Shown one piece after another: positions 10,060 to 22,075 of a stretch of 64,000 bases of DNA (positions within the stretch are counted from its first letter, which is position 1; every line of letters begins with the position of its first letter). The translations under genes were made by a program, and so were the position numbers. A model generated the notes under the pieces. That model was not told the DNA's origin and ran no database searches. It was given only the letters and a program-made list of their open reading frames with translations. Origin of the DNA: an uncultured Enterobacteriaceae bacterium (GTDB lineage: Bacteria; Desulfobacterota; Binatia; Bin18); NCBI GenBank assembly GCA_964460065.1, contig CAYWPF010000081.1, forward strand, positions 837 through 64,836. Reading direction: 5' to 3'.

Positions 10060-10779
10060 GTGCCCATTATGTTAACCCCTCCCGGTCGTGCCGCGTCGGG
10101 ACATAACCCGACAATCAAACGCCATCCTGCGACCATTCGTGCTTTCCAGCGTCGTATCCTCAAATGGTACAAGACTCATGGCAGAGATCTTCCTTGGAGA
10201 AAGACCCGTGATCCATACAAGATTTTGGTCTCGGAGATCATGCTGCAACAGACGCAAGTAAGCAGGGTACTTTTGTATTACGACAAGTTCTTAGAAACGT
10301 TTCCGACCGCTCAGAAATTAGCGAACGCCCCGGTATCCGCAGTGCGAGAAGCCTGGAATGGTTTAGGTTACTACGCTCGGGCGCGCAATCTCCATAAGGC
10401 GGTGCTGCATATAGTAGAAAACCAGAACGGCAACTTCCCTAGGACAGAGGAAGCCCTAAAAACTCTTCCTGGAATCGGCTCGTACACCGCTGGTGCCGTA
10501 TCTAGTTTTGCATTTCACCAGGGTTCCGCTATTTTGGACACCAATGCGGCACGAGTACTGCGAAGATTCTTCGATGTCCCGGCTGAACGACAATCTCCAA
10601 AAGAGCTGTGGCGGCTAGCAAGGTTAGTAACACCCAAGAGCCTGTCACACATTTACAACCAGGCAATAATGGATGTAGGGGCGACGCTCTGCGTAGCAAG
10701 GAATCCGCGGTGTGAAGAATGCCCTGTAGAACCGCTGTGCCGTAGCCGCAGCAATGCTAAGAAAAACCGCGGCGTTTGA
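10060..10779 (+). CDS. mutY: A/G-specific adenine glycosylase, short form (HhH-GPD plus 4Fe-4S domain only)
   Basis: RDLPWR, SEIMLQQT, W.GLGYY.RARN, LPGIG.YTA, C-X6-C-X2-C-X5-C; start codon uncertain. Confidence 0.85.
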   Translation: MPIMLTPPGRAASGHNPTIKRHPATIRAFQRRILKWYKTHGRDLPWRKTRDPYKILVSEIMLQQTQVSRVLLYYDKFLETFPTAQKLANAPVSAVREAWNGLGYYARARNLHKAVLHIVENQNGNFPRTEEALKTLPGIGSYTAGAVSSFAFHQGSAILDTNAARVLRRFFDVPAERQSPKELWRLARLVTPKSLSHIYNQAIMDVGATLCVARNPRCEECPVEPLCRSRSNAKKNRGV

Positions 10780-10804
10780 CCAGTCGTCCCTTCTCGAGTA
10801 TAGT
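10776..10804 (+). promoter_or_regulatory. Sigma70 promoter for the kdsB-pyrG operon
   Basis: TTGACC-N17-TATAGT, 65 bp upstream of kdsB and overlapping the mutY stop. Confidence 0.6.
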
Positions 10805-10868
10805 TCTCCCCGGAAAAGTAGTGGCTGTAATTTAGACTACCGTATCTGGAACGCGAGGGCTAACCAAC

Positions 10869-13276
<2,408 letters not shown>

Positions 13277-13278
13277 CC

Positions 13279-14130
13279 TTGACGTCAAGAGAATTCTCGC
13301 CCGCGGCTGTTCCCGTTGGCTCGTTGACTTTCGGGCATGGAAATCCGTTCGTATTCATTGCAGGGCCTTGTGTTATCGAGAACCGGGACTCCGCGCTTCG
13401 TCACGCTAGCAAGCTGCGCGCTTTAACGGACGAACTAGCGATCCCGTTCGTTTACAAATCTTCTTACGACAAAGCAAACCGATCATCCCATTCCTCCTAC
13501 CGAGGTCCGGGTATTCAGGAAGGCCTGCAGATCCTAGCGGACGTGAAAGCAGAAACAAATGCTCTTTTACTCACGGATGTTCACTCTCCTCAAGAGGTCC
13601 CTGCAGCCGCCGACGTAGTAGACATAATCCAAATCCCCGCTTTTCTGTGCCGACAAACGGATCTACTCATTGCCGCCGGGGAATCCGAACTGCCCGTCAA
13701 CGTCAAAAAGGGACAGTTTCTCGCGCCACAAGATATGATTCATGTAGCCGCCAAGGTTGCAACGACTGGAAACTCAAGGATTATCCTAACGGAGAGAGGG
13801 GTTTCCTTCGGCTACAACAATCTTATATCGGACATGCGCGCGCTGACTATTCTCGCAGAATCAACTTACCCGGTTGTCTTTGACGCAACACATAGTGTTC
13901 AAATGCCCGGTGGCCAAGGAAACACATCCGGAGGGCAAAGACAATTTATTGAACCATTGGCACGCGCGGCTATGGCAGTAGGGTTAGATGGGCTGTTCAT
14001 GGAAGTCCATGAAGACCCGACAAGTGCTCTGAGTGACAGTGCGACCGTATTCCCTCTTTCCCAGCTGAAACTCTTCCTCCTTGCAATGCGGGAGATTGAC
14101 TGCGTTATTAAAGACCTCTCCTCTCCGTGA
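13279..14130 (+). CDS. kdsA: KDO-8-phosphate synthase
   Basis: AGPCVIE, DKANRSS, QIPAFLCRQTDL, KKGQF, ERG.SFGY, DATHSVQ.PG. Confidence 0.96.
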   Translation: MTSREFSPAAVPVGSLTFGHGNPFVFIAGPCVIENRDSALRHASKLRALTDELAIPFVYKSSYDKANRSSHSSYRGPGIQEGLQILADVKAETNALLLTDVHSPQEVPAAADVVDIIQIPAFLCRQTDLLIAAGESELPVNVKKGQFLAPQDMIHVAAKVATTGNSRIILTERGVSFGYNNLISDMRALTILAESTYPVVFDATHSVQMPGGQGNTSGGQRQFIEPLARAAMAVGLDGLFMEVHEDPTSALSDSATVFPLSQLKLFLLAMREIDCVIKDLSSP

Positions 14131-14246
14131 TTTCCGCGCTGTTTTACTAGGCCAGCGTTATCACTTGCAGGGCACACGCCGTCACGGACCTTCTTTCATT
14201 AGATCCTCTATCGATGATAGGCTTACCGCAGCCGAGGAACCGTTCA

Positions 14247-14840
14247 ATGAGCCGTAATCAAATCCGCTTTCTTCTTGGAATAACAGTCCTAACACTTGTA
14301 ATTCTGCTCAGTTATTTAAGTGCCCAAGTAGGCACCGAATCCGAAGCAATCCGCCGCCTAAGCAAGACTATTTCGAAGGAAAGCATTGGGCAGGAACCCG
14401 TACAACGCATGACAGAGTTTCGCAGGATAAAAATGCAAGACGGCCGCAAGGTATGGGAAATCGTTGCTCATAAAGCACGGTACTTCGCCGACAAAAATAC
14501 TGTACTTATAGAAGGCCCTCAGGTGTCTTTATATTTCGAGAATGGTGAAGCGGTAGGCCTACGTTGTAATGAAGGCACGCTCCACCTAGCGGACGATACC
14601 CAGGATTTGGTCCAAATCGACTTTAAAGGAAATTTAGAAATGGAATTCGGAGACGTTATTTTGAAAACTGACCGCGCAGTATATGACCACGGGAAAAACA
14701 CGATATCGTCGGATAGTACGCTCTATATATTCGGCCAGGGCTTCACTGTCAAAGGAACCGGATATACTGTGGCCGTTAATAACAAGCAGTTGCAACTGAA
14801 TTCTGCTGTGCATACCACCATCTCCCAGGAGGCGGGCTGA
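14247..14840 (+). CDS. lptC: LPS export protein LptC
   Basis: Single N-terminal TM helix plus beta-rich domain, located before lptA/lptB; ATG 14247 chosen for its GAGGA RBS (ORF track starts at 14214). Confidence 0.75.
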   Translation: MSRNQIRFLLGITVLTLVILLSYLSAQVGTESEAIRRLSKTISKESIGQEPVQRMTEFRRIKMQDGRKVWEIVAHKARYFADKNTVLIEGPQVSLYFENGEAVGLRCNEGTLHLADDTQDLVQIDFKGNLEMEFGDVILKTDRAVYDHGKNTISSDSTLYIFGQGFTVKGTGYTVAVNNKQLQLNSAVHTTISQEAG

Positions 14841-15433
14841 TGCCTTTGGCTCTCGAGGTGGCATACAAATCGTACCGGTCTACTTCTATCTTAGCGACTT
14901 TCTTGTTGGCAATTTCGATCGCCTCCGGATTTGCCCAACAGGGTAATGAGAAAGCAGAAGAACCGGGCACTACCTTTGCCGATTCCCTGTCTCTCACCTC
15001 TCGGAAGGACCCTATTCATATCCGCTCCGAGGACCTTGAATTCTTCTACGGAGAGAACCGGATTGAATACAGAGGTAAGGTTGTCGTTACTCAGGGCGAC
15101 ATGACCCTCAAGAGCGATCTCCTCACTGTTTTTTACGATAACCAATCCTCGACCCCTGAATCGCCCAAAACGTCAAGCCCGCAACGTATCAAGCGCATAG
15201 TTGCTGAAGGCAACGTCGAGATTACATCGGGAGAAAGGCTTGCCACAAGCCGCAAAGCTGTTTTTAATGAGAAAAAAAGGACCGTAACGTTGCAAGGGAA
15301 CGCAATTCTACGAGAGGGAACAAATCAAGTCGCAGGGGACGTCGTTGAAGTATTTCTTGATGAAAAACGCAGTATAGTCAAAGGTGGTAAGGGAAAACGC
15401 AGGGCCCAGATGCTTCTCATTCCGGAACGGTAG
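14840..15433 (+). CDS. lptA: LPS transport periplasmic protein LptA
   Basis: Signal peptide; PIHI.S..L, G.VVVTQG...L.SD.L, A.GNV.I, L.GNA.L..G.N...GD (OstA-like). Confidence 0.85.
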   Translation: MPLALEVAYKSYRSTSILATFLLAISIASGFAQQGNEKAEEPGTTFADSLSLTSRKDPIHIRSEDLEFFYGENRIEYRGKVVVTQGDMTLKSDLLTVFYDNQSSTPESPKTSSPQRIKRIVAEGNVEITSGERLATSRKAVFNEKKRTVTLQGNAILREGTNQVAGDVVEVFLDEKRSIVKGGKGKRRAQMLLIPER

Positions 15434-15492
15434 TAACTTTAGCCGGCGAGAGACATTTCCAACAACTAGGTTCCTAGGCAAAGAATGGTGCC

Positions 15493-16224
15493 ATGTCCAA
15501 GAAACACATACTGAGAGCCGAAGGCCTCTGTAAAACATATGGAAAGCGACCGGTACTCCGTAGTGTGAGCGTCGGTCTCACTGGTGGAGAGATCGTTGGC
15601 CTACTTGGTCCCAATGGCGCCGGCAAGACTACGACATTCTCGATTATCGTCGGGATAATCCGGCCCGATACAGGTGTCGTAAAGTATAATGGCGAAGACA
15701 TTACGATGTGGCCTATGCATAAGCGTGCACGTCGAGGGGTCACATATCTCCCGCAAGAGCCCTCTGTTTTCCGCAGGTTAACCGTAGAGGAAAACATCAT
15801 GGCGATTCTAGAGACTACGCGACTGAATAAAACACAACGGGAAGAGCGTCTTCATGACTTACTAGCGGAGTTGCGCATCGGCCACCTGGCCTCGAATCGT
15901 GCGGATTCCTTGTCGGGGGGTGAGCGCCGTCGCGTGGAGATCTCAAGAGCCCTCGTCATGTCGCCAGCCTTTATGCTGCTAGACGAACCATTCGCTGGCA
16001 TCGACCCACTTTCGGTCGTGGATATCCAAGAAATTATCTTACAGTTGCGCGGTAGCGGAATTGGAATTCTGCTCACGGACCACAACGTCCGCGAAACTTT
16101 GACGATCTGTGACCGCGCTTATCTACTGAGCGATGGCCAGGTGTTCGAAGAAGGGACACCTGAAGACATCACTTCGAGCGCTCGTGCTAAAGAGCTCTAC
16201 TTGGGCGAGCGCTTCCGATTATAG
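15493..16224 (+). CDS. lptB: LPS export ABC ATPase
   Basis: GPNGAGKTT, YLPQEPSVFR.LTVEEN, LSGGERRR, LDEPFAGIDP, TDHNVRETL, YLGE.F. Confidence 0.96.
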   Translation: MSKKHILRAEGLCKTYGKRPVLRSVSVGLTGGEIVGLLGPNGAGKTTTFSIIVGIIRPDTGVVKYNGEDITMWPMHKRARRGVTYLPQEPSVFRRLTVEENIMAILETTRLNKTQREERLHDLLAELRIGHLASNRADSLSGGERRRVEISRALVMSPAFMLLDEPFAGIDPLSVVDIQEIILQLRGSGIGILLTDHNVRETLTICDRAYLLSDGQVFEEGTPEDITSSARAKELYLGERFRL

Positions 16225-16249
16225 TAGTCAAAACAACGGTGCGGCTTAG

Positions 16250-17707
16250 ATGGCAATGGATCTCAAATTAACACAACGACTCGGCCAGCGACTGGCCATG
16301 ACGCCGCAACTGCAACAGCGGATCAAAATATTACAATTAACCAGAGGGGAGTTGGATACCCTCATAGAAGAAGAATTGAGGGAAAATCCAACGGTCGAAC
16401 GTCTAGACAAGGACGAACCGGCTTTTAATGGGAATGAGACCGAAGCCAGCACATTCGATGGGATAGGTAAAAACGAGGAAGCCCCAACTAACGCTGATGA
16501 AGTCGATTGGGCAACTCAGCTAGCGCATTATAGCGATGAGAGCGATAGGTTACCCCCAGCTCGCAGCTATTCGATCGGTGAAGAAGGTCAGAACGCTCCA
16601 GAAGATCGCTACCCACACGAGACCGAGTCGCTCACCGAACACCTAACCTGGCAACTACGTTTTCTCAACCTTACAGAGACTGAGGAATATTTGGTCTATC
16701 TGATTATTGGGCATCTCGACGTAGATGGCTACCTAGAGGCTAGCCTAGAAGAAATCGCTCGTATCGCAAAGCGTTGCCCAGAAGACGTAGAAAAAGCATT
16801 GGTCCTAGTCCAGTCTTGCGAGCCGATCGGTGTGGGGGCAAGGGATTTACAAGAATGTTTACTGTTACAGCTGAAAGTAGCCCCATGTACGGAGGAGCAT
16901 AGCAAAGACATCGTTAGTTTGGCAGTTAGAATCGTGGAAGACTATTTCGTTGCTCTGAAGGCCGGCAAACAAGATGTCTTAGGAAAAGCACTTCGGGTGG
17001 GTCCCTCGGCCATAACTAACGCATTAAAAGTCATTGTCTCACTTGAACCTAAGCCCGGCAGGCAATACGGCGGCGGAGACATCCGTTATGTGACTCCAGA
17101 TGTACACGTACGCAAAATCGAGGAAGCGTACGTCGTGACACTCAACGAAAACGGCCTGCCCCGGCTCAAGGTCAACCACTTCCATAGGAGACTTCTGTCC
17201 ACAGGAGATGCGAAAGTCAAAGAGTATCTGCAAAAAAAATTAACGGCCGCTAAATTTCTGATCGACAGCATTCACGAACGCCAGCGTACACTCCTCAAAG
17301 TGTCGAAGAGTTTGGTTAAATTTCAGAAAGCATTCCTCAATGAGGGAATATCTCAATTGCGCCCACTAGGCATGCGAGAAGTTGCTGACGATATTGGCAC
17401 ACACGAATCTACAGTTAGCAGGGCTATAGCCAATAAATACATAGATACGCCCCGCGGCTTATACCCGCTGAAAAAATTCTTTATTACAGGCCTCAAGCAA
17501 GGAGATGGGGAGGAAGTGTCGCCGGAGAGCATCAAGGCACAGATCGGCGCACTTATTGCAGACGAAAACCCCAGAAAGCCTCTCACCGATGACGCCGTTA
17601 CAAGGCAACTTGCCAAACAAAATATCCGAGTCGCGCGGCGGACAATTGCTAAGTATCGTGAGGCATTAAACATTTTACCTTCAGCGAAACGAAAACGACC
17701 CATTTAG
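16250..17707 (+). CDS. rpoN: RNA polymerase sigma-54 factor
   Basis: MTPQLQQ.IK.LQL, HESTVSRA..NKY..TPRG, RpoN box ARRTIAKYRE. Confidence 0.96.
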   Translation: MAMDLKLTQRLGQRLAMTPQLQQRIKILQLTRGELDTLIEEELRENPTVERLDKDEPAFNGNETEASTFDGIGKNEEAPTNADEVDWATQLAHYSDESDRLPPARSYSIGEEGQNAPEDRYPHETESLTEHLTWQLRFLNLTETEEYLVYLIIGHLDVDGYLEASLEEIARIAKRCPEDVEKALVLVQSCEPIGVGARDLQECLLLQLKVAPCTEEHSKDIVSLAVRIVEDYFVALKAGKQDVLGKALRVGPSAITNALKVIVSLEPKPGRQYGGGDIRYVTPDVHVRKIEEAYVVTLNENGLPRLKVNHFHRRLLSTGDAKVKEYLQKKLTAAKFLIDSIHERQRTLLKVSKSLVKFQKAFLNEGISQLRPLGMREVADDIGTHESTVSRAIANKYIDTPRGLYPLKKFFITGLKQGDGEEVSPESIKAQIGALIADENPRKPLTDDAVTRQLAKQNIRVARRTIAKYREALNILPSAKRKRPI

Positions 17708-17749
17708 CCCGTACCAATTTGGTTACTCTCCGCTATAAGGAAGGTTTGT

Positions 17750-18211
17750 ATGCGTGTAGTAGACATACTAAAAGAAGAAATGGTCATTCCGGAATTGGAA
17801 AATGATGCCAAGCACGAGATACTCCGTGAACTCTCGCAACGCCTGGCCACCCTCGAGCCACACGTCGACGTCGACAATCTTGTTGCGATACTGCTCAAAC
17901 GGGAGGATCTCGGCACAACTGCCATAGGAGAAGGTATAGCTATCCCCCATGGAAAGATCAGCGACTTGAACCGAATAACCGCGGTATTTGGAATCAAACA
18001 CGGAGGAGTTGATTGCGGGTCGCTTGATGGCAAGCCAACCAAGTTGTTCTTTCTTTTGGTCGCTCCCGAGGATTCCGCCGGAGTGCACCTAAAAGCCCTG
18101 GCGAGAGTTTCGCGGCTGCTGAAAAACCCTGCATTCAGAGAGCAGCTACTTCTCACACAAAGTCAAGCCGCCTTATACAAGCTGATCTCTGAGGAGGATA
18201 GCAAGCTTTAA
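17750..18211 (+). CDS. ptsN: PTS IIA(Ntr)-like protein
   Basis: RE.LGTTAIGEGIAIPHG, HLKALAR.SR; follows rpoN. Confidence 0.9.
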   Translation: MRVVDILKEEMVIPELENDAKHEILRELSQRLATLEPHVDVDNLVAILLKREDLGTTAIGEGIAIPHGKISDLNRITAVFGIKHGGVDCGSLDGKPTKLFFLLVAPEDSAGVHLKALARVSRLLKNPAFREQLLLTQSQAALYKLISEEDSKL

Positions 18212-18242
18212 AAAAGCACAAACAAGCGTCATTCCCTAAAAT

Positions 18243-19124
18243 GTGACAGGTATGCACATCATTATCGTTACCGGACTGTCTGGATCTGGCAAGAGCACCG
18301 CAATCCATGTCCTCGAGGACATCGGGTTCTACTGCATAGACAATCTGCCAGTCGCACTCATTCCACGTTTTCTGGAACTCAGCGAGAACAACAAAGAAAA
18401 TATAAGCCGTATTGCCCTAGGAATAGACCTCCGGGAGCGCATGTTCTTGCACGAATATCCGGCGGTAGTCGACAGTCTAAGGGAACGGGGACATCACATC
18501 GAAATCCTATATTTTGAAGCGGCCGAAGATGTTCTAATCCGACGTTTCAGCGAGACCAGACGACCTCATCCGGCAGCTGGAGACCACGGGATACTGCATG
18601 GGATTAAAGAAGAGGAAAACGAACTTTCAGGTCTGAAAGCCACCGCCGATCTGGTGGTAAACACATCATCTTTTAGCGTGACGGAATTACGCAATGTGTT
18701 ACATCAGCGGGCAGAAAGCTACGTGAACGACCAGCGCACGCTCCTCGTTACGGTCGAATCTTTCGGGTACAAATATGGCGTACCTCTAGACGCAGACATC
18801 ATGCTAGATGTGCGTTTCTTACCAAACCCATATCTCGTCGATCACCTTAGAGAACACACAGGATTGGAACCAACCGTTGCGGCTTTCGTGTTAAGCCAGA
18901 AGGAAACGACCACCTTCCTCGGTCATCTCTGGACGCTGCTCGATTCCTGCCTGCCTCTGTATGCCCGCGAGGGCAAAAGCTATTTGACCGTCGCAATTGG
19001 TTGCACGGGGGGCCAGCACCGGTCAGTCGCACTTGCGGAGGAATTGGGGGCGAGACTGAAATTACACGACTGTACGGTCAGAATTCACCACAGAGACATA
19101 CAGCGAAAGGGTGCGCTCGCATGA
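18243..19124 (+). CDS. rapZ: RNase adapter / P-loop protein RapZ
   Basis: GLSGSGKS, GFYCIDNLP, RRFSETRRPHP, SFGYKYG.P, DVRFLPNP, GCTGGQHRSV. Confidence 0.95.
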   Translation: MTGMHIIIVTGLSGSGKSTAIHVLEDIGFYCIDNLPVALIPRFLELSENNKENISRIALGIDLRERMFLHEYPAVVDSLRERGHHIEILYFEAAEDVLIRRFSETRRPHPAAGDHGILHGIKEEENELSGLKATADLVVNTSSFSVTELRNVLHQRAESYVNDQRTLLVTVESFGYKYGVPLDADIMLDVRFLPNPYLVDHLREHTGLEPTVAAFVLSQKETTTFLGHLWTLLDSCLPLYAREGKSYLTVAIGCTGGQHRSVALAEELGARLKLHDCTVRIHHRDIQRKGALA

Positions 19125-19405
19125 GCACTCCTTTGCAAACACTTCGAATAAGAGCGACCCTAAAAAACTCCTCAGGATTACACGCCCGGGCTGCGGCAGC
19201 CTTCGTCCGAGAAATAGAAAACCTTGACGTAGTAGTTCGAGTTTCATGGAAAGAAAATGAGGCCAATGGCCATAGCGTGCTTGACCTCTTAACACTTGGA
19301 GCGCCGACAGGGAGCGAGATAGAGATCACTATAACGGGTGGCGATTCTAAAAGAGCGGCATCACGGCTGACCGAACTAGTGAACAGTCGTTTCCATGAGG
19401 TCTAA
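19121..19405 (+). CDS. ptsH: HPr-family phosphocarrier protein
   Basis: GLHARAAA (phospho-His) and ANGHSVL.LL.L (Ser46 equivalent); ATG overlaps the rapZ stop (ATGA), so the start is reassigned from 19001. Confidence 0.88.
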   Translation: MSTPLQTLRIRATLKNSSGLHARAAAAFVREIENLDVVVRVSWKENEANGHSVLDLLTLGAPTGSEIEITITGGDSKRAASRLTELVNSRFHEV

Positions 19406-19557
19406 TCCTACAATGGTGAAACCATACCTCGATAAAACCTCTGGGCAACACAACCGAATAGCTTCAGAGTCTCCACCCCTTGACGCTCAGAACGGTATTC
19501 TATTAGATGCGCGCAGCCTTTAATGGGGAGGCTAGAGCTAGGTCAAGGAGAAAAACT

Positions 19558-20727
19558 ATGACAGGGCAGGAATATTTATTCACATCAGAGTCGGTGTCGG
19601 AAGGCCATCCTGACAAAATGTGTGACCAAATATCAGACGGTATCCTAGATGCACTAATACAACAGGATCCCAACAGCCGCGTAGCATGCGAGACTTTGGT
19701 AAAAACGGGCATGGTAGTAATTGCTGGTGAAATTACTACAAACGCTCAAATTAGCTACATGGAAGTCGCTCGGGACGTCGTAAGAGAAATTGGATTTACA
19801 GACTCCTCGCTCGGATTTGACGCGGATACGTGTGCAGTTTTAACAGCTCTCGACCGACAATCTCCAGACATCTCTCAGGGCGTGACTGCTGGACAAGGCC
19901 TCTTCAAGGAACAAGGGGCCGGTGATCAAGGTATGATGTTCGGGTTCGCATGTGACGAAACGAAGGAATATATGCCGTTCCCCATTTACACCGCCCATCG
20001 TCTAGTGCAAGAACTCGCGGAGATAAGAAAAAGAGGCCAACTACCCTTCCTACGGCCGGACAGCAAATCACAAGTTACCGTTGAATATCGTGATGGCAGA
20101 CCTATTCGCGCGGACACCGTCCTTATTTCTACGCAACATGATCCTGATTCCGCACACGACACAATAAAAGAAGCCATTGTGGAGGAAGTAATTAAACGCG
20201 TGATACCACCCGAATTCCTGGACAGCAAGACGGCTTTCCTCGTGAACCCAACAGGGCGTTTCGTCAATGGCGGCCCGTACGCGGATTGCGGACTCACCGG
20301 GCGAAAAATAATAGTGGATACTTACGGAGGATCGGGGAGACACGGTGGTGGTGCTTTCTCGGGTAAAGATCCGAGCAAAGTGGACCGATCGGCCGCCTAC
20401 ATGGCCCGTTACATTGCGAAGAATCTCGTAGCTGCCGATTTGGCGAAACGGTGCGAAGTCCAACTGGCCTACGCTATCGGTGTCGCCGAGCCGGTCGGCG
20501 TCTATGTTGACACATTCGGAACAAGCCAGGTCCCTGAGGAGCGACTTTCAAAGATTGTGCGCCAAGAGTTTGATCTACGCCCAGCCGCTATCATCGAGGC
20601 CCATGATCTTAAGCGGCCAATCTACAAGGAAACCGCCGCGTATGGCCATTTCGGTCGCCCCGCTGCTGGCGGCTTTTTTCCTTGGGAACGCGTTGATCGC
20701 GTTGAAAGTCTTCAAAGGGCCTCCTAA
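19558..20727 (+). CDS. metK: S-adenosylmethionine synthetase
   Basis: [48 protein letters not shown]; ATG 19558 follows AAGGAG. Confidence 0.98.
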   Translation: MTGQEYLFTSESVSEGHPDKMCDQISDGILDALIQQDPNSRVACETLVKTGMVVIAGEITTNAQISYMEVARDVVREIGFTDSSLGFDADTCAVLTALDRQSPDISQGVTAGQGLFKEQGAGDQGMMFGFACDETKEYMPFPIYTAHRLVQELAEIRKRGQLPFLRPDSKSQVTVEYRDGRPIRADTVLISTQHDPDSAHDTIKEAIVEEVIKRVIPPEFLDSKTAFLVNPTGRFVNGGPYADCGLTGRKIIVDTYGGSGRHGGGAFSGKDPSKVDRSAAYMARYIAKNLVAADLAKRCEVQLAYAIGVAEPVGVYVDTFGTSQVPEERLSKIVRQEFDLRPAAIIEAHDLKRPIYKETAAYGHFGRPAAGGFFPWERVDRVESLQRAS

Positions 20728-20791
20728 ATGCAGCAATTTGTAGTGAGTTGGGCCGGTCCGTATCTATCGGCCCCACGGAAAAAGAGGATAT

Positions 20792-22066
20792 ATGACTAAG
20801 CGGCGCGGCGAAGTGAAGGATTTGAGTTTAGCCAAAGAAGGAAAGAACCGATTTGAATGGGCAGACCAACATATGCCCGCTCTTCGTCGCGTAAAAGAAA
20901 TTTTCGCGCGCGCAAAACCCCTAAAGGGCCTAAAAATAGCGGCGTGTCTTCACGTCACTGCGGAAACCGCAAATCTGATGCGAACGCTCAAGGCAGGTGG
21001 AGCGGACGTAACACTGTGCGCTTCCAACCCACTTTCAACCCAGGACGATGTTGCCGCAGGGTTAGTCAAATATGAAGGCATTCCTACTTACGCAATCCGT
21101 GGAGAAAACAACAAAAGCTACTACCAACATCTCCACAAAGCCCTTGCCCACAAACCAACAGTAACCTTGGACGACGGAGCAGATCTTGTGTCGCTTCTCC
21201 ATACGGACACGCACTATGCCGAAAGGATCGACGATATGTGCGCAAGTATGGAAGAGACTACGACTGGAGTAATTCGACTCCGCGCCATGGAAGGAGAGGG
21301 AGTGTTAAAGTTTCCGGTAGTAGCCGTGAACGACGCCACTACAAAACACCTATTCGACAATCGTTACGGGACGGGGCAATCGACTCTCGACGGCGTACTG
21401 CGGGCAACTAACATTTTGCTTTCCGGAATGACGGTAGTTGTAGCGGGCTACGGATGGTGCGGTAAGGGCGTGGCTATGAGGGCACGCGGTCTTGGTTCCA
21501 AAGTAATAGTAACGGAAGTCGATCCGATTCGTGGTCTGGAGGCGGCGATGGACGGTTTTCGCGTGATGCCAATGCGAGATGCGGCTCGCGAAGGTGAGCT
21601 CTTTGTTTCGGTGACGGGTGACACAAGCGTCCTCCGTAAGGAGCATTTTCTTCGGATGAAGGACGGTGCGATCCTGTGCAATTCCGGCCACTTTGATGTC
21701 GAAATTGACGTTAAAGGCCTCAAGAAGATGTCCAGGAAAGTTGAACGTAACGTGCGCACAAATCTTGACGGCTATCACCTTGCCAATGGACGTTGTATCT
21801 ATGTCATAGGTGAGGGTAGACTGGTCAATCTCGCCGCTGCCGAGGGCCACCCCCCCGCGGTAATGGACATGAGTTTTGCTACACAGGCACTCAGTGTTCG
21901 TTGGGCGGCAGAACACCAACAAAAGTTAACTCCGAAAGTCCACAATGTTCCAAGGGAAATTGAAGACCAGGTGGCAAACCTAAAACTTTCGAGTATGGAT
22001 ATTAAATTGGACCGCCTTACTCCCGAACAAAAGCGATATCTTGCTTCGTGGGAATTCGGAACATAA
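20792..22066 (+). CDS. ahcY: Adenosylhomocysteinase
   Basis: CLHVT.ETA, SNPLSTQDD, EETTTG, K.LFDNRYGTGQS, GYGWCGKG, GRLVNL..AEGHP. Confidence 0.97.
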   Translation: MTKRRGEVKDLSLAKEGKNRFEWADQHMPALRRVKEIFARAKPLKGLKIAACLHVTAETANLMRTLKAGGADVTLCASNPLSTQDDVAAGLVKYEGIPTYAIRGENNKSYYQHLHKALAHKPTVTLDDGADLVSLLHTDTHYAERIDDMCASMEETTTGVIRLRAMEGEGVLKFPVVAVNDATTKHLFDNRYGTGQSTLDGVLRATNILLSGMTVVVAGYGWCGKGVAMRARGLGSKVIVTEVDPIRGLEAAMDGFRVMPMRDAAREGELFVSVTGDTSVLRKEHFLRMKDGAILCNSGHFDVEIDVKGLKKMSRKVERNVRTNLDGYHLANGRCIYVIGEGRLVNLAAAEGHPPAVMDMSFATQALSVRWAAEHQQKLTPKVHNVPREIEDQVANLKLSSMDIKLDRLTPEQKRYLASWEFGT

Positions 22067-22075
22067 GTTCAACTC

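Noticed and set aside
15478-15493. Sigma54 -24/-12 site on the minus strand (TGGCAC..TTGC)
   Set aside because: The spacer is 6 nt rather than the strict 5 nt, and the site is antisense to the operon.
19406-19557. SAM riboswitch upstream of metK
   Set aside because: No recognisable SAM-I or SAM-II core; only a weak TTGACG promoter-like element.
20728-20791. SAH riboswitch or terminator between metK and ahcY
   Set aside because: Only a simple gggccgg..tcggccc hairpin in a 64 bp gap, with no U-tract or riboswitch consensus.
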